A DNA stretch of 64,000 nt from Eledone cirrhosa (Eukaryota): positions 101,990,001 through 102,054,000 of the forward strand of contig OZ024744.1 in the NCBI GenBank assembly GCA_964016885.1, written 5' to 3'. The translations under genes and the position numbers were made by a program. Positions within the stretch are counted from its first letter, which is position 1; each line of letters starts with the position of its first letter. The notes under the pieces were generated by a model. It did not search any database, had not been told where the DNA came from, and saw only the letters and a program-made list of their open reading frames with translations. Positions 25,921 to 37,839 of the stretch are shown here, piece after piece.

Positions 25921-26185
25921 CCACCCCAAACCAGTTCTGGTTCTTTGAAACAAAACCACCCATTTTAAAGGGTTCCTATCTAGTTGTTTTGATACCAACT
26001 CAACCCAAACCAGCGCTGGTTCTATGAAACAAAACCACCCATTTTAAAGGGTTCCTATCTAGTTGTTTTGATACCAACTCCCCCCAAACCAGCTCTGGTT
26101 CTATGAAACAAAACCACACGTTTTAAATGGTTTCTATCAAGTTGTTCTGATGCCAGCCCACCCCAAAGTAGATCTGGTTCTATAT
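25921..26185. repeat. ~79-bp tandem repeat, ~3.3 units
   Basis: cccaaaccag.tctggttct.tgaaacaaaaccac recurring at ~79-bp spacing. Confidence 0.85.
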
Positions 26186-26258
26186 AACAGTACAAGTTTA
26201 TTTTTACATGAAACGTTTTATAAACAACTCCTTTTTGGAATCTAAATCAACTATATAT

Positions 26259-26507
26259 ATCATCATCATCACCGTTTAACGTCCATTTTTCCATGCTGTC
26301 ATGGGTTAGACGAATTACCCTGTTGTTAGCAATGCCAGGTCAGGCGACCATATATTGCTCATACAGAACCGATTTGGGCTTGGTTTCTACAGCTGGATGC
26401 CCTTCCTAGTGCCAACCTTATTTACAGTGAGTACTGGATGCTTTTTGATGTGACACCTACAGGGCCACTTTACAGTGTGGACTAGGTGCTTTTTGCCATG
26501 ACACCTT
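26259..26507 (-). mobile_element. RTE 3' UTR fragment
   Basis: (ATC)n plus terminal motif in reverse. Confidence 0.8.
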
Positions 26508-26520
26508 CTGCGATATATAT

Positions 26521-27745
26521 AAATTCCAAACATGGTAGCATAGCCTAGAGTCAGAAGGCCTTAAAGTTAACTTGTCTAAGACTAAAGTTCTAGTATGTAG
26601 AAAGGAAAATAGGGCACAGGTTCCCTCTGGGAAATAGCCTTGCTCAGTGTGTAGGAAAGGAGTGGGAAGAAATTCCATTCTATGCCCCAAATGCAAACTC
26701 TGGGTACACAAAAGATGTAGTGGGATCACAGTTAAGCTATCTAAGAATGTAGATTTTATATGTGGCCAATGCTCAGGTGCAATAAGTAGCAAGTGCCCAC
26801 AGGATACTAGCTCCTTCTATTGCCCAAATGGTTCTATAGAAATAGTGGACACTTTCCATTTCCTGGGTGACAAAATCAGCAGTGGAGGAGGGTGCTCTGA
26901 AAGTACAGAGTTAGAACGGGATGGAAAAAGTTCAGAGAGCTAATACCACTGTTAGCCACAAAAGGTTTCTCTCTGAAAATGAAAGGCAGATTGTATGATG
27001 CTTGTATATGAACAGCAATGTTACATGGCAGTGAGACATGGGCATTGTGTGCAGAGGACCTGCACAGATTGGAAAGGAACAAAGCATGCATGCTCCGGTG
27101 GATGTGTAATAGTAATATACACGAACGGCAAAACATAAACAGACTAAGTGAGAAATTAGGGATAAGAGGGATCACATGCAGTTAACTTGAGAGATTAGGT
27201 TGGTATGGTCATGTAATGCGCATGAAAGACGACAGCTGTATAAAAAAGTGCAGGGTGATCAAAATTGATGGAAGCTACGGAGTAGGTAGACCCAGAAAAA
27301 CCTGGGACGACATGATAAACTCCGACCTTGCACACTTACACCTCTCTAATACAATGTCACTGGATCGAAACCTTTGGCACCACACAGTAATACAGAAGAC
27401 CTGCCTTCCCTACAGTCAATAGGCATCTCTTAACCAAATATACACCCCAACCCACTACCCCTACTCAATCCTCCCACTCCCACCAACACCACCATTTCTC
27501 TGTAAAGTTATGTTGGTACCACAGGACATCCAGCCCACACTGTAAAGTGGTTGTGTAGGAGACACAGTAAAAAAGCTCCCAGTCCACACTGTAAATGTGG
27601 TTGGTGTTAGGAAGGGCATCCAGCCATAGAAAACCTGCCAGCTGCAGTCCTATACAAGCAATCAATCTTGCCTCAAGTGGGACAATTCCTGTCTAACCTA
27701 TGCTAGCATGGAAGATAGACATTAAATGATGATGATGATGATGAT
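26521..27745 (+). mobile_element. 5'-truncated degenerate RTE
   Basis: PHD-like segment, ORF end, 3' UTR and GAT tail; several stops. Confidence 0.9.
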
Positions 27746-27764
27746 ACATATACCTCTGCCTCTC

Positions 27765-27798
<34 letters not shown>

Positions 27799-27893
27799 TT
27801 TTCATTTTACGTTCGCTTTTCCCTGCTTGCAAGAGTGGGACAATATTTATATATATCATCATCATCATCATCATCATATATATATATATATAA

Positions 27894-28177
27894 TATAATA
27901 TAAGATCAAAAGATGGTTAAAGGAGTTCCATGTATTTTATTATGCGCATTTCAAAAACAAACATCATCATGCAATAATATTTGTGTTTTCATCAGATAAA
28001 ACAGGAGAACATGATATGAAGGCTAAAAAACACTTGTGGATAGTGCAGTTTTAAATCATGCAATAATATTTGTGTTTTCATCATGCTGATTTAAAATTGC
28101 ACTATCCACAAGTGTTTTTTAGCCTTCATATCATGTTCTCCTGTTTTATCTGATGAAAACACAAATATTATTGCATG
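27894..28177. mobile_element. Hammerhead palindrome element, left part (interrupted by RTE)
   Basis: Left arm ~27894-28058; right arm 28087-28177 resumes at ~30303. Confidence 0.8.
27935..28001 (-). ncRNA. Type I hammerhead ribozyme
   Basis: ttttat-CTGATGA-long stem II-GAAA-TGCGCA-TA-ataaaa; palindromic stem III. Confidence 0.8.
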
Positions 28178-29950
28178 AAGGTAGCTTGGAAGTGTCACTA
28201 TGAAAGGCTACTAAATGAGGAGAATAAATGGGAGAAAGACAGTCTCCCCCATATCGACCCAATAGAGGGACCAGCAGTGTTAGTCGAGGGGAGTATAATA
28301 AGTAAGGCAATCAAGGATATGAAGACAGGTAAGGCGGCTGGGCCTTCGGAAATAGTTGCTGAGATGCTGAAGGCATCTGGCACGGTGGGACACACCATGG
28401 TCACTCGCATAGTTAACCATGTCGTACAGAATGGGGTTGTTCCGAAGGACTGGCATAGCAGCATCATCGTTAATTGTTATAAGGGTAAAGGAGACGCCCT
28501 AGATAGGAGTAACTATAGAGGCATTAAATTAATCGACCAGGTCATGAAGGTCACGGAAAAAGTAATAGCGCAACTAATCAGAGAGAGAATTGACCTAGAT
28601 GAAATGCAGTTCGGGTTTGTGTCAGGCAAAAGTACCACAGACGCTCTTTTCATAGTACGACAACTACAGGAGAAGTTCCTAGCTAAAGGTAAACCCCTCT
28701 ACTTAGCTTTTGTCGACTTGGAGAAAGCCTTCGACAGAGTCCCCCGCTCCATTATCTGGTGGGCTCTTAGAAAACTAGGCGTTGACGAATGGCTTGTGAG
28801 GGCTATACAAGCCATGTATAAAGAAACAGTCAGCAAGGTTAGAATTAACAACGAATATAGTGAAGAGTTTAGCGTAAAAGTTGGCGTCCATCAGGGCTCT
28901 GTTCTCAGCCCCCTACTATTTATTATTGCCCTTCAAGCTATAACAGAGGAGTTCAAGACAGGCTGCCCATGGGAACTCCTATACGCAGACGACCTGACAC
29001 TCATAGCGGAATCAATGGCCGAGCTAGAGAAGAAATTCCAAACATGGAAGCACGGCCTAGAGTCAAAAGGACTTAAAATTAACCTGGCTAAGACCAAAGT
29101 TCTAGTTTGTAGAAAAGAAAACAAGGCGGCGGTCCCTTCTGGGAAATGGTCGTGCTCGGTGTGTAGGAAAGGCGTAGGTAGAAACTCCATTTTATGTCCT
29201 AAATGCAAAGTATGGGTGCATAAAAGATGTAGTGGGATCACAGGTAAGCCAACTAAGAACATAGATTTTACATGTGGCCGGTGTTCTGGTGCAATAAGTA
29301 GCAGCAAGTGCCCACAAAATACTAGCTCTTTCAATTGCGCAGAGGGTTCTATAGAAATAGTGGACAGCTTCCGTTACCTGGGCGATAAAATCAGCAGTGG
29401 GGGAGGGTGCTCTGAAAGTACTGTAGCTAGAGTCAGAACTGGTTGGAAAAAGTTCAGAGAGCTTATACCACTATTAGCCGCTAAAGGGTTCTCCCTAAAA
29501 ATGAAAGGCAGGTTGTACGATGCCTGCATACGAACAGCAATGTTGCATGGCAGTGAGACCTGGGCATTGTGTGCAGAGGATATACGCAGACTAGAGAGGA
29601 ACGAAGCTTGCATGCTCCGCTGGATGTGTAACAGTAATATACGTGAACGGCAAAGCATAAACGAACTAAGGAAAAAATTAGAGATAAGAGGGATCAGATG
29701 TTGTTTACTCGAGAGAAGGCTACGTTGGTATGGACACGTGATGCGCATGAAAGTCGATAGCTGTATAACAAAGTGCAGGGCAATAAAGATAGATGGTAGC
29801 CACGGAATAGGCAGACCCAGAAAAACCTGGGACGAGCTGATAAACTCCGACCTCACACACTTACACCTCTCCAAGACAATGTCACTGGACCGAGACCTTT
29901 GGCGGTACTCAGTAACAGAGAAGACCCGCCTTGCCAGTAGGCATCTCTAA
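28175..29950 (+). CDS. Open RT/PHD/C-terminal frame of a 5'-truncated RTE (no endonuclease; ATG supplied by flank)
   Basis: 591 uninterrupted codons, highly similar to 6767-8520; all RT motifs intact. Confidence 0.85.
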   Translation: MKVAWKCHYERLLNEENKWEKDSLPHIDPIEGPAVLVEGSIISKAIKDMKTGKAAGPSEIVAEMLKASGTVGHTMVTRIVNHVVQNGVVPKDWHSSIIVNCYKGKGDALDRSNYRGIKLIDQVMKVTEKVIAQLIRERIDLDEMQFGFVSGKSTTDALFIVRQLQEKFLAKGKPLYLAFVDLEKAFDRVPRSIIWWALRKLGVDEWLVRAIQAMYKETVSKVRINNEYSEEFSVKVGVHQGSVLSPLLFIIALQAITEEFKTGCPWELLYADDLTLIAESMAELEKKFQTWKHGLESKGLKINLAKTKVLVCRKENKAAVPSGKWSCSVCRKGVGRNSILCPKCKVWVHKRCSGITGKPTKNIDFTCGRCSGAISSSKCPQNTSSFNCAEGSIEIVDSFRYLGDKISSGGGCSESTVARVRTGWKKFRELIPLLAAKGFSLKMKGRLYDACIRTAMLHGSETWALCAEDIRRLERNEACMLRWMCNSNIRERQSINELRKKLEIRGIRCCLLERRLRWYGHVMRMKVDSCITKCRAIKIDGSHGIGRPRKTWDELINSDLTHLHLSKTMSLDRDLWRYSVTEKTRLASRHL

Positions 29951-30310
29951 CAAAATACACCCCCGTCCCGCCACCACCCCCACCCCATCCACACCACCCC
30001 GTTCTATGTAAAGTTATGTTGGTGCCGCGCCATCCAGGCCGAAACAAATGAGATCGTGTAGGTGTCACGACAAAAAAACACACAGTCCACGCTGTAATGT
30101 GGCCGTGTAGGCAACACGGTAAAAACCTCCCAGACCCACACTGTAAATGTGGTTGGTGTTAGGAAGGGCATCCAGCTGTAGAAAACCTGCCAGACAGTCC
30201 TATGCGAGCAAGACAATCACTCTTGCCTCAAGTGGGACTACCCCCGTCCAAACCCATGCAAGCGTGGAACACGGACGTTAAACGTTGATGATGATGATGA
30301 TGATGATGAT
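28177..30310 (+). mobile_element. Young 5'-truncated RTE LINE
   Basis: Open frame, 3' UTR and (GAT)n tail. Confidence 0.95.
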
Positions 30311-30461
30311 GTTTGTTTTTGAAATGCGTATAATAAAATACATGGAACTCCTTTAACCATCTTTTGATCTTATATTATGTATACTCCAGTCCTACAAACT
30401 GTAGAGTGCTTCTTATCCGATATCTGCATTGCTTTATTGTACTACAATAAAACTCACCTCC

Positions 30462-30465
<4 letters not shown>
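30303..30465 (+). mobile_element. Remainder of right arm plus tail of the 27894 palindrome
   Basis: gatgtttgtttttGAAAtgcgtaTAataaaa...; tail motif 30380-30410; ends in (TA)n. Confidence 0.8.
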
Positions 30466-30530
<65 letters not shown>

Positions 30531-30550
30531 TATATATATATAAATATATA

Positions 30551-30690
30551 CCAGTGGTAACACAACAGTTAGTTCACCATACATGTTCTCGGAATGGTGA
30601 ACTAACTGTTGTGTAACCACTTCTACCTAACTCGTCCCATGGACTGAGTGCTCTACCACTACGGATATTACCTTCCTTGTTCTACATCTA
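30551..30690 (+). mobile_element. Minimal fold-back element with tail
   Basis: 28-bp arms 30553-30580/30594-30621; tail motif 30630-30652; TA on both sides. Confidence 0.65.
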
Positions 30691-30827
30691 TATAAATATA
30701 TCTATATAACAAATTGAGCTGACAGATAAGAGTTCTTAAAACGCAATTCTTTACAATTGTTTCAGCACATTTCTCGGTATAATATATAGTCAGGATAGAC
30801 CTAACAGAACAAATAATAATAATAATA

Positions 30828-30928
30828 ATAATTGTTTCTACTTTTGGCACAAGGCCAGCAATTACCCAGTGCATTGCTGGTACTTTATTTTATCGACCCC
30901 GTAAGGATGAAAGGCAAAGTCAACCTCG
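30828..30928 (-). mobile_element. SINE family A 3' fragment
   Basis: Family A match within (AAT)n. Confidence 0.85.
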
Positions 30929-30960
<32 letters not shown>

Positions 30961-30961
<1 letters not shown>

Positions 30962-31140
30962 CTTTCTTTATTAACCACAAGGGTTTACATAAAGTAAATA
31001 TTAAGGACAGTACAGGACGGTACAAATGGGCATTTCTGCGTGTAAAAAACAGAGGATGTAATAAAAAAATAACAATGAAAAATTCCCCAATAGGGGAGAG
31101 ACTTCCGAGAGACATTTGTGGAGAAAGCCCATTAAAAGGC
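30961..31140 (-). mobile_element. L1/Tx1-like 3' UTR fragment in (AAT)n
   Basis: Similar to 31485-31640; ends aataaagaaa on the minus strand. Confidence 0.55.
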
Positions 31141-31171
31141 AATAATAATAATAATAATAATAATAAATACT

Positions 31172-31470
31172 AGTGATAGTTGGTGCACTTGAAATGATAA
31201 AAAAAAGAGAACTGAAAAATACTTGGACCAGATACCTGGAAAGTCATCTCTGAAAGAGATACAGAAAATATTGCTGACTGATACTGTCCATGTCCTGAGA
31301 ACAGCATTATCAATTTCAATAGCTTGCAAAAGACATTTACTGTTGTCTGTGCTATAGTGGCATCATTTGTGTGACAATTGCTTGTAAAATGTGTGGATTA
31401 TTAAATTTTGCCTCGGGTGTCAGGTTGACACTTGGCATGATTTGTGAGAGAAGCAGAATTTAAAGGAAGT
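31172..31470 (+). mobile_element. R4/Dong-like 3' end
   Basis: VIVGAL..KYLDQIPG..EIQKILL..T.HVLR reading typical of the RLE C-terminus. Confidence 0.65.
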
Positions 31471-31482
31471 TAAAAGAAATAA

Positions 31483-32262
31483 TAATTTCTTTATTGGCCA
31501 CAAGGCCATACATATAAGGGACAATACAAAGACAGGGATAGATAGTGGGGTTTACAATGAAATTGTGTAAAAAAAAAAAAGTATATAAACAATAACAATC
31601 TACAATAAAAATCCAACAGAATTCCCCCAATGGGGGAGAACCACCCAGTGGCGACTCATGTACCTCACCAATCCTGAACCACCTGACACTTTGAGAGCAC
31701 CCGGGAAGGGCACCACTTTCCTCCTCAAATACACGAGCCCACATTCTCACCGCATTCACCCACCTTTTAGCAAATGCACTGAGGGACAGCACTTCTCTCT
31801 CCACCCTCACATTCCTTTCCAAGTGAAACTTGAAGAGGTTGATGAGGGATTGGCTGAAGAGACAAGTGTCTGTCTTCAGTCCTTTCAACCTGGTCCATCA
31901 TACAACCTTTTTCACTATTGCCACCAGACAGAGGAAAACTGCCTGGCCTTCCTGGCCAATAGAAGGTAGCAGGGCGATCTTCATTACGGACTTGGTCAAT
32001 AGCTGGATCCGTTCTACATGCGACAACAGCTGTTCGATATGACTCCACAAGTGTTGCAGAACAGTTTTGTTGTTCTGTGCGCATCTCAGGCAGGTCCATC
32101 TAACAGCACTTCCGTGTCTGTAAAGTTTATCTCGAACCAGCAGTGTCCCCCTGTAGCACTGCCAAGCAAGGGATTTCTGGAAGTTATCCATAGTCCCTGG
32201 CTCAAAAGTTCTCTGGAACAGACTGGTCAGTTCGACTTCGTCGATGCCCAGAGATTCTTCGA
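31483..32262 (-). mobile_element. L1/Tx1-like 3' fragment
   Basis: SLAWQCYRGTLLVRDKL..CLRC..TVLQH zinc-knuckle-like region and 3' UTR, flanked by (ATT)n. Confidence 0.7.
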
Positions 32263-32287
32263 ATTATTATAATAATAATAATAATAA

Positions 32288-32706
32288 AAATCGTTTCTAC
32301 TTTTGGCACAAGGCCAGCAATTACCCAGTGTATTACTGGTACTTTATTTTATCGACCCCGTAAGGATGAAAGGCAAAGTTAACCTCGGCGGGGTTTGAAC
32401 TCAGAATGGCAAGGGCCGTAACTCTATGCTACAAAGCATGGCGTCCGACCCTCTACCGATACTGCCAATCCACAATAATAATAATAATTGTTTCTACTTT
32501 AGGCACAAGGCCAGTAATTTTTGAGGAGGGGGAAAGTCAATTAAATCGACCTCAGTATGTTACTGGTAATTTATTTTATCAACCCCGTAAGGATGAAAGG
32601 CAAAGCTAACCTCAACAGCCTTTGAACTCAGAACGTGAAAGGTCGTAACTCTATGCTGTGAAGCAAGGTGTCTGACGCTCTACCAATACTGCCAATACAC
32701 TTTCCT
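32288..32706 (-). mobile_element. Two tandem SINE family A copies
   Basis: ~32288-32472 and ~32487-32706. Confidence 0.85.
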
Positions 32707-32946
32707 AAATGATAATAATAATAATAATAATAATAATAAAACAAGGAAGAATACGTATATGTTAAAACTAGCATGTGAAGTCAGAGTTGTATCTCATCAG
32801 AAGTAATAAATGAATGAACCAAAGTCAGCGAAAAGTCTGTGAAAGCCAGTACAAAACTAGGGACATGTTACTCTTTTGTCAACTACACACACACACAACT
32901 AGCTGTCGAAACGGCTGGAGCTCAGTCGGGGTCCTGACTCTTTTCC

Positions 32947-32974
<28 letters not shown>

Positions 32975-32978
<4 letters not shown>

Positions 32979-33092
32979 ATAAATAAAGCAAAATAAACAT
33001 AGAGATACAAAAATACAAAGTCTTATTAGGTTCACACTTAGAGGAAGTAGAGGAGCGTTCTATGTTTCCAACAGAAGTCCTTCATCAGGAAA
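32975..33092 (-). mobile_element. Penelope-like 3' end with degenerate minimal hammerhead
   Basis: Minus strand ttc-CTGATGA-aggac..-GAAAC-ATA-gaa, ending at (TA)n. Confidence 0.5.
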
Positions 33093-33138
33093 ATTCTGAT
33101 AGTATATCCCACACAGGTAAAAATACATGTAAAAGAAG

Positions 33139-33372
33139 TTGAAAATGTTATTGGAGTCTTTAAGATTTATTTACAATAACTTTACCGGTTTCACAGTTTC
33201 ATGATTTTCAAAAGTTAAGTGAGATGGAGAGATGTGTGGCTATGCTGTGTGACGCATCACGACTTAGCCGCATGTCTCTCCATCTTACTTAATTTTTGAA
33301 AATCATGAAACTGTAAAACCGGTAAAATTATTGCAAATAAATTTTCTTAAAAACTCCAATTGCATTTTCAAA
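33139..33372. repeat. Diverged ~105-bp-arm palindrome
   Basis: Arms ~33139-33241/33264-33372; GAAACTG..CGGTA in each arm. Confidence 0.75.
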
Positions 33373-33512
33373 TCTTTTTTCACACACACACATATGTATA
33401 TGTATTTGTGTGAGAGTATGTATGTATGCAAGATGTCAGTAGCTCCAATTAAGTACTAACTTGGTCTGTGACAATGTGTCCAACTCTTGCCAGAAGGGAA
33501 AATGGATATTAA

Positions 33513-33631
33513 ATAATTGTTTCTACTTTAGGCACAAGGCCAGCAAACACCCAGTGCATTACTGGTACTTTATTTTATCGACCCCGCAAGGATGAAAGGC
33601 AAAGTCAACCTCGGCAGGATTTGAACTCAGA
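33513..33631 (-). mobile_element. SINE family A fragment
   Basis: Family A match. Confidence 0.85.
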
Positions 33632-33698
33632 TGATATATATATATATATCATTATTTAATATATATATAGAAACAATTATTTTATATATATATATATA

Positions 33699-33862
33699 GG
33701 CGCATGGCTTAGTGGTTAGAGCATTGGGCTTGCAATCGAAAGGTTGTGAGTTCAATTCTCGAACCGGTTGATGTGTTGTTTCCTTGAGCAAGACACTTTA
33801 TTTTACATTGCTCCAGTTTACTCAGCTGTAGAAATGAGATGATAGGACTGGGGTCCTATCAT
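33699..33862 (+). mobile_element. SINE family B 5' part
   Basis: A/B boxes and CORE-like block. Confidence 0.85.
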
Positions 33863-34183
33863 TAAATTACCCAAGACACCTCCAACAAGATATACCTTGG
33901 AGGAGGCCAGCTAAACGTGCATAGGTGTGAGCTGTCACACACACATATATATGTATATAATTTTTACATCCATTTCTCCATGTTTGCATGGGTTTGACAG
34001 GTTCTCTTTAACATTGAGTCTTGCCACTTGTTGCATTCCATTGTCATTTTTTTTTCATGAGTTTCAACATCCTGAGATTAGTCTTCACCACTTCTACCTA
34101 TGTCATCCTTGGTCTTCCTCTTCTACAGCTTCTTTCCAGTTGAATCTCCTGGCATATCTTTACCCTTCTGCCATCATCTACAT

Positions 34184-34672
34184 CAAGGGTGGGCAAACTA
34201 CGACCTGTGAGCCAAATGCAGTTCGCCAAAGAGTCTTGTGTGGCCCATGGAAGCATTCGGCATATTAATAAAAAAAATAACAATCAACAAATTTGTGTAT
34301 ATAATACTTTAGATACCGAGACTAGATCTAGTTAAGTTTTTGTTCTGGTATGATCTGTGATGTACTGACACAAATTAAAAGAAAACTTAGTTTTAAGATT
34401 TCTGTATTTAATCATTTTATTAATTTATGTATTCTAATGATGCAGTTTATTTACAACAGTTGACATAAAGTATAACATTAAGGACAGCACAGGACAGTAC
34501 AAATGGGCATTTCTGTGTGTAATGATGCAGTTTATATTTTATATTTTCTAAATTCTAATTGAAGAAAAGTAATGTTACTGGCATTATATATACAATAATA
34601 AATGGTGCGGCCTTCTGGTGTTCATAATTCAGTCAATGTGGGCCCCCAATCCAAAACGTTTGCCCACCCTTG
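34184..34672. mobile_element. hAT (Charlie-like) MITE
   Basis: 15-bp TIR caagggtgggcaaac and 8-bp TSD atctacat; sits within an old minus-strand RTE 3' relic (~33960-34830). Confidence 0.88.
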
Positions 34673-35149
34673 ATCTACATGTATTACATGTCTGTACCAG
34701 TGCAGTCTTCTCTTTTGCACACAACAGCAGATTTTTTTTATACCCAGTATTTTTTCTCAACACACTGCACTTTGTTGTTCATGCACACTAACATTACACA
34801 TTCAGCAGAGCAGCATTTCTATTCCTTTTCCTTTATATATTTGGCTGTATTCTAATTTAACCAACTTGCAGTGTAAACATGCTTCTCTGAGGAGATCTAA
34901 TAAGAATGAAACATGTCTGTTGCTTTCACCAAGTTGGCTAATAGACAAGATCTACTCCCACTGCATTGTCTTAAATTATTCCAAAAGACTTGGATTAGCC
35001 AAGATAATAAAAGTCTTCTCCATTGACTTCTCATGGGAGTTTTGGTCTTGAAATTACAAGGATAGTCTCAGTTCATTGAAATTTTTCCTACTTTGTATAT
35101 TCAGAATGTGAGTTACACCCCCCACACCCCTCTCTCTCTTTATATATAT

Positions 35150-36400
35150 ATAAAGTTTTACTAAGTAGGAAAGAGACTCTGCTACTATGAAGGAAATGAC
35201 CATGTTCAATATATAGAAAAAGAGTAAGTAGAAACTCTGTATGGTGTATCAAGTGTGAACAATGGACACACAAGAGATGTTGTGGGATTGCAGGTAGGCT
35301 GACAGAGAAGGTAGACTTTATATATGACAGGTACACAGGAGTAGTCAACAGTAAAGCTACTCTCTTGTGAACAATGGACACACAAGAGATGTGGGATCAC
35401 AGGTAGGCTGACAGAGAAGGTAGACTTTATATATGACAGGTACACAGGAGTAGTCAACAGTAAAGCTACTCTCTTGTGAACAGGTAGACACACAAGAGAT
35501 GTTGTGGGATCACAGGTAGGCTGACAGAGAAGGTAGACTTTATATATGACAGGTACACAGGAGTAGTCAACAGTAAAGCTACTCTTGTGAACAGGTAGAC
35601 ACACAAGAGATGTTGTGGGATCACAGGTAGGCTGACAGAGAAGGTAGACTATATATATGACAGGTACACAGGAGTAGTCAACAGTAAAGCTGCTCTCTTG
35701 TGAACAGGTAGACACACAAGAGATGTGGGATCACAGGTAGGCTGACAGAGAAGGTAGACTTTATATGTAACAGGTACACAGGAGTAGTCAACAGTAAAGC
35801 TGCTCTCTCAAATGTTTAGATAGTTCACTAGAAGTAGTAGAAAGCTTTTTCTATCTAGTTGACCTCATTAGCAGTGGAGAAGGATGTACTGAAAGTGTTA
35901 CAGCCTGAGTTTATGATGGAAGAAGTTTAGGGAGCTGTTATCTCTGCTGGTAACAAAGGACCTCTCACTCAAAGTGAAGGTCAGATTATATGATGTCCAT
36001 GTTTGAACTGTTATGCTACATGACAGCGAGACATGAACCCTGAGTACAGAAGATCTACGTTAGCTAAAAAGAAATGTAGCATGTATGCTTCACTGGATAT
36101 GTAATGTTAGTGTGTGTGAATGACAGAGTACAAGTCACCTGAGTATAAGATGAACTGAATGTATTGTAACAAGATAGACAATTGTACTGGTATGGACATG
36201 TGATATGTAAGGAGAGAGTTTTATAGAAAAATACTGAGTACTTGAGGTGGATGGCACCTGAAGAAGAGGGAGACTAAGGAAGACGTGGAGTGAGGTTAGG
36301 AAGACTGACCTCCAGAAACTGAACTTCATCAAGATGACACAGGACCGAGCTGACTGGTAATATGCCATAATACAAAAGATCCACTCACCTGTACAAGCAC
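35150..36400 (+). mobile_element. Old RTE fragment containing a tandem expansion
   Basis: Degenerate PHD region through ORF end. Confidence 0.75.
35254..35810. repeat. ~111-bp tandem repeat, 5 units
   Basis: Unit starts ~35254, 35367, 35476, 35587, 35700. Confidence 0.92.
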
Positions 36401-37237
36401 TGCTACACTTAAGGTAAATGTGATGAGAGACTGGAGAGGACATGGGGTGGAGAGGACTCTTTAGCATGCAATGGACAAGACAACCACCCTAGTGGTGATG
36501 TCACAATGGAACAGACTTAGTATCCACCCCACCCATCTATAAAGTGGGCAGTGAACAGACCAGGGCAACATAAAGTAATGCAGCCCCTAGCGGTGCATGG
36601 CTGCATTGAATCAGCCAACACATGTGTGTAACCAATTCAAGGACACCCACTCTCCAAGGGAAGTTAGCACCTGGTGGAGGGTTGTTTTGGGGTTGACATT
36701 CAGTTGGGTGAGTTGAGATATCTGTTGCCAGCTAGTACTGTGAGATCTGAGTCTCACAGCTTTGCTGCATGACGAAAAGGACAGTGTGACATCAAGAAAT
36801 ATTGGCTCAGTAGTTGAGAATCATAATCCATGTCATGAAACAGCTGACTTGGGTGTATTAAGGCCTTAGTTACCAACCTATGTGTGGGGTGCTCTCTACT
36901 TAAGGGGTGCAGGAGCAAATCAACTCAGACACTACATACATATGATAGGAATTTGGTGGGGAGATGGGTTTGAGATCAGCTGGTAGTTCAGGTAACTTGA
37001 GCTGGAGTTTAGCAGCCAACACTTCTCCCCGTGAGGTGATGGGTGATGTCATCTGAAGCAATTACTTTGACCATGGCCGAGACTTAACCATTCCAATAGG
37101 TTTATGTTTATGAAGTCATGTAAAAAACTTGAGTTAGTATTGGTGGTAAAGGACTGCAGACAAATATATTTCAAAATACAAAAATAGCCACAAACACATG
37201 ACTATATTCTTATCACACACACTCTCTCTCTCTCTCA

Positions 37238-37519
37238 TAAAAGCACCCAGTTCACACTGTAATATGGTAATGTAGGTGTTACAACAAAAAGTACCCAGTC
37301 CACACTGTAAAGTGGTCGTGTAGGTGTCATGACCAAAAGCCCCCAGTCCACACTGTAAATGTGGTTGGTGTTAGCAAGGGCATTCAGCTGTAGAAACTAA
37401 GCCAAAATCAGTTCTGTATGAGCGTAACTTGCTCACCTGACTCAGCATTTCTCACAGAAGGACAACTCCTCTAACCCATGCTAATGGGGGAAAAATGGAC
37501 ATTAAACAGTGATGATGAT
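37238..37519 (+). mobile_element. RTE 3' UTR fragment
   Basis: 48-bp subrepeats and terminal motif. Confidence 0.8.
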
Positions 37520-37839
37520 ATATATATATATATATCTTAATGATCGACAAGATCCTAGACGCCATTCACCTAATGAGTGGGATAGAGCTCATCAAATCAG
37601 ACCAAGGAGACAGTGTTTTCTTCGGTCTTTCCATTGTTAATATTATCTACTGGTCACAATGCCTGGCAGAAAGAGCAGCAGGAAATAAAGTCTCTTGCTT
37701 AAAGACATAATGCATTGCCCTGTCTGGGAATCAAACTCGCAACCTCACAATTGCAAATCCAATTCTCTAACCGCTAACACTGACAGTTAGTTTATCAATA
37801 AATAAAACTTATTTTTTAATATGACATTTTGACAAAATA

